From Pecten maximus (lineage: Eukaryota): 64,000 nucleotides of DNA. A model generated the notes under the pieces. That model did not search any database. It saw only the letters and a program-made list of their open reading frames with translations, and was not told the DNA's origin. The stretch lies in NCBI RefSeq assembly GCF_902652985.1, contig NC_047015.1, forward strand, positions 31,434,001 to 31,498,000. The letters are read 5' to 3'. Each line of letters begins with the position of its first letter. Position 1 is the stretch's first letter. Below, piece after piece: positions 56,739 to 64,000 of the stretch. A program made the translations under genes and the position numbers.

Positions 56739-58696
56739 CTATAAACTTACATCACTATTCTTCAAATATTTATTAAGATAATTTATGAAATGTTCCGAGT
56801 TTGTTTCATTAGCATCCATCATATCGTGGACAGCAGAAGCCATCATTTCTTGGGTGCGATAAACTCTGATCCAGTCAGTTTCTGTCCACCTGCAAAAAAG
56901 GAAATCCAAAGAAACACTTAAAATAATTTCATACAATGTACTTAATTTCATGCAAATATTTCATCTTAATTTAATTTTTTTTCAAAACAGCACAGAATCT
57001 ATTACATCCATAATTGAGAAGGCTTATGTAATCTAGTAATGAAGAATATACAAACATATAGGTCATGATCAGCCTCCACTTGAAATCAAGTCTTTATGAA
57101 AGTTTTAACAGTACTAAATCCTCATAATAGAAAAGAAAACAACTCCTGGCTCTTAAAAACAGGTTTTAAAGCAGAATACACTATACTCTTCAACTGCTTA
57201 CAACATACCTGGTATCTGTGTCTTGACCCTTAAAAATCAAAGCTATATACAATTAACTTATTTTTCTTCTTTTTGATTATTCATTTTGTAATTCTGTTTT
57301 CTCTGAAAGTGTATAAACCCTTAATCACCAATGGATTATAAACTGTAAATAACTATTACCTATTCTTTAATTCTTCTTCCGACAAACCAAGTGATGAGAA
57401 TGGTTCTGGACATCCCATATGCGAGTTATTGGCTAACTTTGGAGGGAGATGGGGCACAGATGTATCAAGCTGTCTTAGTTTCTCATTTTCCATTCTCTTG
57501 TGAATGTTTTTACATACATGACACTCAAATCCATTAAAGTAATCTGGCTTGTTGTCTTCATTAAAGATATAAAAGTTATGATCATGAGATCCCCACGGAC
57601 GTTTCTTCATATAATCGACAAGTTTTTGATTTGTGACACCTCCTGTTTTTTTAAACTGCATGTATTTTTCATATTCGTCATCATTATTGTCAAGATAATT
57701 AATAAACTCTGCTAATTCCTTAGGACTTTTAAAATCATTCACCATTATGACTGTTGAGTTGTTTGGCATCCATTCTTGAGCAAAAGGAGACCCATAATAA
57801 ATAGGCACAGAACCAACATGTAGTGGTCGCATTAGTTTTTCTGTCATGTAATCTTTGCAAACTGCATTTTCAAATGCCAGATGAAACTTATAGACAGAAA
57901 TGAAATCAAGAAACTCATGATTTTCAAAGTTTTCTGCAGGATCTCTTAAGTGTTCTGGTAGATCTTTATTGTGTAGACAGGAACCATAAGAGTCAACTTT
58001 TACATATTTCATTAATTCCTCTACATAACTATCTCGATCAGATGGAACACCAGGATGTGATTGAGCATACAGCACTGGAGCAAGATTTCGTTTTGTCTTC
58101 TCAGAATTTTTAACATCAAGAGGGATTGGTTTACGTCTTGTAATAAATTTTAAGGAATAAATGTTTTGGGTGGTTATGGGGTAATCTGATTCACTTCGAA
58201 ACGTTGCTGTGTGGTTAAAGAGAGATATGAATGGTTCCTTTGACAAGATGTAATTGTTCATAGGAGATTCTTCATGAAATAATGCCCATTCATGAGTTGA
58301 TTTTCGTGGTAACGGTAACTTATCAGGAGTTATATCACTCCCGTAAAACATAATACCGCGTGTTCTTTCATCTGATAGATATCGCCGACGATTAGTTGAA
58401 AAACATGGGTGGCCTTCACAATCAATCGGAACAAGTTCATCACCTGGATGATGAGGAAACAGACCATTGGTCCACCATAGAAGGATGGGATTTTCTCCTT
58501 GTTTTTCTTTTATAGTATCAGATTCCTCATTTTCATCTGTTCCTAAATTACTTTGAAACTGCATTTCCTTGAACGGTGAGTTTGGTTGATATGCATCCTC
58601 TTGAAATTTCACAGGTACAAAAACTATGAAACATAAAACACAAAATAGTATGAAATTGCAGCCAACACTGACACTATACAAATTGGAAAACTTCAT
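56739..58696 (-). CDS. FUT11: GT10 alpha-1,3-fucosyltransferase 11-type protein (FUT11/POFUT4-like), 2 coding exons, 495 aa
   Basis: Exons 57360-58696 and 56739-56889 (AG|gtaat ... tgcag|G) total 1488 nt. N-terminal type II membrane anchor; motifs ILLWWT, PLPRKSTHEWALFHEESPMNN, YKFHLAFENAVCKDYMTEKL. QSH, YKFHL, DYMTEK and WMPNN favour FUT11 over FUT10. Confidence 0.9.
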
Positions 58697-58892
58697 GATG
58701 ACCAACAGCAATTCCCAGTCTTGCTGACACGTTCTGAATCACTAGTTGTTATACTTGGGTAATAACCTTTTTCTACTAAATCTTATAATCTGGCTGAGAT
58801 CCACGTCAACAATGAGAAGATAAGGATTGCATTGCAAGTCATTCACTTCACGTGTAAACATAACCTACGTAAGTAACACGCTGCTCCCATCA

Positions 58893-58900
58893 CACTTCCG
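58893..58900 (-). promoter_or_regulatory. ETS-type motif upstream of FUT11
   Basis: CGGAAGTG on the minus strand ~200 nt upstream of the ATG; typical of housekeeping promoters. Confidence 0.3.
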
Positions 58901-59354
58901 TTTATCTTATCGGTCATTTTTGCCTGGTGTACTTTCACTTTCGTGTCAGGGGCACCGATACATGCGATCCACATCTTTAAGTACAAAGAAAATGTTTTCA
59001 CTTGGAAAACTCAGTTTATATACAATTTCAAAACATATTACATGTACACGTGTATATGTTAAATGATAACTTGTAATTCTAACACGGTACAGTATTTTAT
59101 TGGTAAATTTAGTAGAAAATATATACATATATATGTACCATTATGATAATAATCTATATACTGATTTTCAGATATGATTTCAAATAATATTTAATTTGAC
59201 CAGCCTTATGATGGATTTTTACTAAAATACTAGTAAAGTTAATTCCTTGTATTAACACCTCGATACTCCGTAGTTGCTTTAATTGTTATTTATAGGGGTC
59301 CTAAGAAGGTTCGAGTCCCCGTAAGGTCATTGCATTTTCTCTCTCCTGTTACAT

Positions 59355-60792
59355 CCAGTCGGCAAGAAGAACAGCATATGCCTTGATGGGATCGGGCTTC
59401 CATGGTCTCAACGGTGTAAACCCTCATAAGATTAAGACAGAAAGATGTCACAAAAATCTCCCTATTCTACAAGAAGACGCTAAATTAATAAGCAGTTACA
59501 ACATCTACCAGAAAGAACAGCTGACGCAGCCGTGTACTTCTTATCTGGTCGCATCCCGATTGAAGCAACATTGCATAACAGAATTCTAAACACCCTTAGA
59601 TCTGTTATGGAAGATACCACCTCAACCTTGTACAATGCAGGCAGAAGACAACTAGCGTAAAAGACACCAGCTCCCGTAGTTGGTTTGTTTGGGCATACAA
59701 TATCCTGTTACACTACGGTCTTAACACAGTGTGGGACGGGTTGGAGATTCCTCCGTCAAAGGCTAAGTTGAAGAAAACAGTCACGAGCACTATCTCGCGC
59801 TTCTGGATCGAGAAACTCATAACAGAGTCTGCCCCAAAATCCACACAATCTACACCCAAATCTTCCTTCTGACTCTAGAGGCAAACCACACAATATCTGG
59901 GAAAGTGCTAGGCATGTCACCGTGAACGTCAACAAATCAGCAGTAAAGGCAAAACTTTTGACTGACACATACACTCTTCAATCTAACATATCGAAATTCA
60001 ACCAGTACGAAATTTCGGGAACATGTCCGATGTGTCACTCTGGATATGAAGATAGACACCATGTTTTGCTGCTTTTCCAGACATCAAACCACATTCGGGC
60101 CAGATATCTAGGGCTGATGAATTCAAGTATTAACTGTATCATGTGTAAAGAGTCAGATGTTCCAAACCTGTGTGTTACAAGTGAGCTTACCCTACAAATC
60201 ATTCTGGATTGTTCAGGGTTACATTTCATTTATGATACCAAAGGCACTAACAGTGACAGATAGAATCCCTCTCAAGGGGTCTGTGTTACGCCTTACACCA
60301 GTCTCGTGTTGCAACACTATCCTCACCATATGATCGTTTTCTTATAGGTTCATATTTCCAATCTAGAATACCTCGATGGTTATTGTTATATAGGGTTACG
60401 GTATCGACATCATGAACTTTCTTTAAGATGTGCCTATATAGTCAAGAACTATCAAGATTTCAGTGTATATAGGATTGTACATTGCCTCATAAGTTAAATG
60501 GTCATTAAGGGTGCTCTCCAGTAGTTGAATATAGGATTTTCAGCCTTTTATACTATATACGACTTCTCCATAGGATACATAGATATCTCCAATAACTCTA
60601 TAGTGTGGTCACTGCTCGCGCATACGTGGTCAGCCTAAAATCCCCAATTTCAGTTCATGTTTATGATAAGAATGGGTATAGTGTATATATTCTTGAAGGA
60701 CTTGCTGATAAAATCTGGAGCCACCACCCATTATCCACGTTGATATCCAACGGTTCTCCAGATATTGGAGGAATATAAAGAACAAGAACAAG
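59355..60792 (+). mobile_element. 5'-truncated degenerate LINE (RTEX-like): ORF2 C-terminus and 3' UTR
   Basis: ARRTAYALMGSGFHGLNGVNP, KQLQHLPERTADAAVYFLSGRIPIEATLH, KDTSSRSWFV, KAKLLTDTYTLQSN and a CPMCHSGYEDRHHVLL zinc-finger remnant; ends in GAACAAGAACAAG. Confidence 0.75.
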
Positions 60793-60795
60793 GTG

Positions 60796-61346
60796 AGCCC
60801 CTAGACCCCTCGCCTACGGCGCTCGCATCATCACTAATTTACTGGACCCCTTCCCCCCTTTCGAAAATCCTGGATCCGCGCCTGGGAAAGATGGTTTTGT
60901 CATATTTCTTGAGGATACCTCTGAAGCTGCCTAAACAAGAAAATAAAAAAAAATGAAAATGGATGCTGTTCATATCTTAATTTCACCAGAGTCTCTGATT
61001 TCACAGAAAGTAATGAAATTAATTTTCTCTAATGTATGCTCGCGATGATCCCATGTTGTGATTGTCATTTGTGGATAGATCTAAAAACATATATATTCGT
61101 GCAACTTACTCTCTAGAAAACGATCCCGAATGATTGCAAATATTCATTTTCCGCCGGGGGCTTCGCCTCTCTGGAACTCCCTACCAGGGCGCTGCCCTGG
61201 ACGTTGCCCTGGACCCGCAGGGGGGCCTTGGCGGCCCCCAGACCCCTCGCCAAAAAAAAAAAAAAAACGGCTCGCGCCTACGGCCCTCGCACTATCACTA
61301 TATTATTGGACCCCCTCCCCTTTCGAAAATCCTGAATCCACGCCTG
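60796..61346. mobile_element. Two directly repeated ends of a GC-rich non-autonomous DNA transposon
   Basis: 60796-60884 and ~61270-61346 share CTCGCCTACGGC(G/C)CTCGCA...TGGACCCC...TTTCGAAAATCCTG(G/A)ATCC(G/A)CGCCTG. Confidence 0.55.
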
Positions 61347-62124
61347 TGTTCAGTGTTGAAGACTTGAAGGAGGGATCGAGGTATGAAGTGAAACTGGACT
61401 AGCTGGGTTGAGTATGGCAAGCCAAAGTACGAAAAAAGTCCCCATTTATGGATATCAATAATTCATTTATGGATATCCACAATTCATTTATTGATTTCCA
61501 TTAAAAACCATTATGATCGTCGCTTAATTATTATAAAACTGGTAAGAGTTGTCTACCTTTGACCACAGGCGCTTGCATAGAAAATAAGAATTAAAAAAAT
61601 GATATCAGTGGTAGAATCTATCCATTTTAAAAATGCATCACATTTTATTTATACAATCCACTTTGTTTTCAAATTATCAACGTTTCACTCATTAATAAAA
61701 TCAAAGAAGGAATTCACTTCAAATAAATAAAAGTTTTCTAGTTACAAGGCAAAACTAAGCGATAACTGTAATGCTGTGGTAATCAAACCCTGTGGATAAC
61801 ATATTGGCTTCTGAAAATCGTCTGCTTTTATTCCCGGAAGTGAATTGCAATGGGAATATGGTAAAACCAGGATATTGTGGACACTTATCACAAAATATTC
61901 TGTTAACAAATAACACATTTGTGATGCACTTAATCATCATACGTGGTACATATGAAATCTTACCTATTTTTGTCACTAAATAATATATTTATCTTTTATT
62001 TCTACGTTCAATTAACCAATTCTTTTAAATTATCCGATATAGCTTATCCCTGTAAGTGTTTACTTCCCACAATTCCCGTCAGCGTTACGTGGCACTATCT
62101 GCGCATGACAGCAACCGGAAGTAA

Positions 62125-62271
62125 TAGCCAACCGTACGTGGCATCCAAAACGTAATATAAGTCGTGTCATTCTATGCGTGGTTTTATCAACTTAATTTCA
62201 GCCAACTCAAGAAATTACACCTGTTTATACCTTCATCAACAAGAAGGTCTTCCAATTCAAGCATTTTGCAG
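62125..62271 (+). other. Probable first (non-coding) exon of an unidentified plus-strand gene
   Basis: Strong donor CAG|GTAAGA at 62271/62272, downstream of CCGGAAGT motifs at 62115-62122 and ~61834-61840 in a CpG-richer patch. Start coordinate is a guess. Confidence 0.4.
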
Positions 62272-63177
62272 GTAAGATTGGCTCACACTTTCCAGAAATT
62301 GTCACCCGGCGAAGGTAAATATTTGGGCATGTTGTCGGTATGGTCAAGTGACGGCTGTCAGTTTCTGTTTATAGAAAAACTGTACTGTGAATGTTTAACA
62401 CTGTTTTTGTAATCATCTGATGGAGTTAATTGGCGTTTGCATTATCGACAGTTTTTAATATTTATAAGAGAAATACGTCTTCTAGTCTTTTATGTTTCAC
62501 TCGAATTATGCAGAAGTGTCGATTGGTAATTACTGGTTGCTGTTCGGTTGATTTCCTGTGGTTTTGAAGCACTGTACGATTTAAACGTGATAGAAGCAGC
62601 GATTTTATCCATCTTATGCACTGACATCCTCATATCAGGTTGGGGAAAACCGCCAACTGGCGTATAATTACGCCAGTTTGAGTATGGATTGATTGGTAGT
62701 GATTTTGGCTATTTTTAGTAACAAAACTATACCTCAATTGGTGTGTAAATATAACATGCAAGGTTGAGCATTATACGCAATTTGGTGATTTTCCTGAATC
62801 TGTACTGGTATGATTGATACAGATTTATTGTGTATCTGTTCAACTATTGTAATTTGCAACAAATCTGGCTGTATGCAGATTTGGCTATAGTCAAATCTGA
62901 CTATACTGTGTACATAGATGTATATTTGGACATATATAAACAAATCAGCCATACTAGTCTAGTAATTAATGCAAGTTTAATTGAGTGATCAACCCAGACC
63001 AGCTGTTGCCAAGAGCAATTGCCAACACCATTAGGTGAAAACAGGTTATTCAGAAAACATGCATAGAAACATTTTCACGCAAAATTAGTTATTCACTGAC
63101 GTTAATAGTGGATAAAATAATGGGATAATGTTGGCAAAAGTGAAAGTTGTCATTTTTACATATTTTGTCAGTGTTCA

Positions 63178-63362
63178 TGTCCTGACACTTTATCACTAGC
63201 CTCCACCTCTGGGTTCGAGTTCGAAACCCTCATGGGGCATTTGCCAGGTACTGACCATAGGTCAGTTGTTTTTCTCCGGGTACATAGACTTTCCTTCCCC
63301 TCCAAAACCATGCACGTCCTTAAATGATCCTGGCTGTTGATAGGACGTTAAACAAAAACCAA
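63178..63362 (+). mobile_element. 5'-truncated SINE, same family as 35225
   Basis: TGTCCTGACACTTTATCACTAGCC ... CACGTCCTTAAATGATCCTGGCTGTTGATAGGACGTTAAAC. Confidence 0.85.
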
Positions 63363-63581
63363 ATCATGGGGCTGCAGTATTCTCATTTCATGAAAGTTAT
63401 TTTCACCTTCATGTGTTATCCTGTACCTATGTATTATGTCAACCTTTCAATTTTTGGGAGAAAACTGATGGGAAACACCACGTATCCACATTCATTTCCA
63501 TGTCAGCAATATCCAAAACAGTAGTTGAGACGACAAGGCTTTGTATGCAGTGAGTCATGATCAATACTATCTGTCAATATT

Positions 63582-64000
63582 AGTGCTGGGTATTGCTAAC
63601 AGAAAACTGTATCGCAGTATATCATAATATTTAAGAAAATATCACGATATTATCGATACATCGCAATATTTTTCAGCAACATTTTTACTTCTTAAATAAT
63701 GTAAATCTTTCACAATAAATCTAGCAAGTCACCCGGTAATTTCACGGGCTTTTGCAGATTTAGGAGAATATTTTGCGGCCACCATCGCAGTTAGGGTACG
63801 TTGAGATGATGTGACAAATACTGCAGGCTGTTTTGAATGTTTTCTGGTATCCGTACCAGCTGTGTCATCATGATCAACTTCGATCTCCGGATGGTTGCAT
63901 CGTATATATATATGTGAAAACAAGTTGGTCGTACCTCCTCCTGTATTGCGTACTTCCTGGTTATATAATGTGCAAGATACAATATCCTTAAGTAGTTTTT
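63582..64000 (-). mobile_element. Internally deleted hAT transposon with a BED-finger transposase remnant (runs off the window)
   Basis: Minus strand reads IVSCTLYNQEVRNTGGGTTNLFSHIYIRCNHPE...QRTL...KYSPKSAKAREIT (degenerate BED finger and following region). hAT-like end TAGTGCTGGG at 63582 with ATCG-rich subterminal repeats. Confidence 0.65.

Noticed and set aside
58697-58711. TTG start of the 451-aa ORF and its stop at 57356
   Set aside because: The eukaryotic start is the ATG at 58696, and the apparent stop lies in the intron after the donor at 57359.
59922-60263. 113-aa ORF as a host zinc-finger gene
   Set aside because: It is part of the frameshifted LINE ORF2 remnant.

Overview
AT-rich, intron-rich eukaryotic DNA. 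The repeat content (HINE/pearl-type element, V/Meta-type SINEs, RTE and RTEX LINEs, Penelope-type remnants) points to a mollusc, probably a bivalve; this is inference. The main content is a minus-strand tandem cluster of UBE2D/Ubc4-type ubiquitin-conjugating enzyme genes between 23 and 52 kb, largely invisible in the ORF track because the exons are short. I assembled it by hand from GT-AG sites. Three genes are complete six-exon copies: A 23055-26929 (147 aa), C 36796-39095 (149 aa) and D 44314-51979 (170 aa). Two orphan exon-5/exon-6 pairs keep open frames and splice sites but have damaged active sites: B (catalytic Cys->Tyr) and E (HPN->HRH plus a 14-aa deletion). One orphan exon-1/promoter copy (C') lies upstream of A. 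A two-exon FUT11-type GT10 fucosyltransferase follows at 56739-58696 (minus), then the probable first exon of a plus-strand gene near 62.2 kb. The first 22 kb has no gene I can identify, only minisatellites, TE debris and weak exon candidates. The most interesting signals are: rapid divergence of a normally ultra-conserved E2 family at its E3 and ubiquitin interfaces; crippled 3' exon pairs sitting directly behind intact genes, where they could serve as alternative ends; reciprocal gene loss after a block duplication; and degenerate hammerhead ribozyme motifs in the introns.
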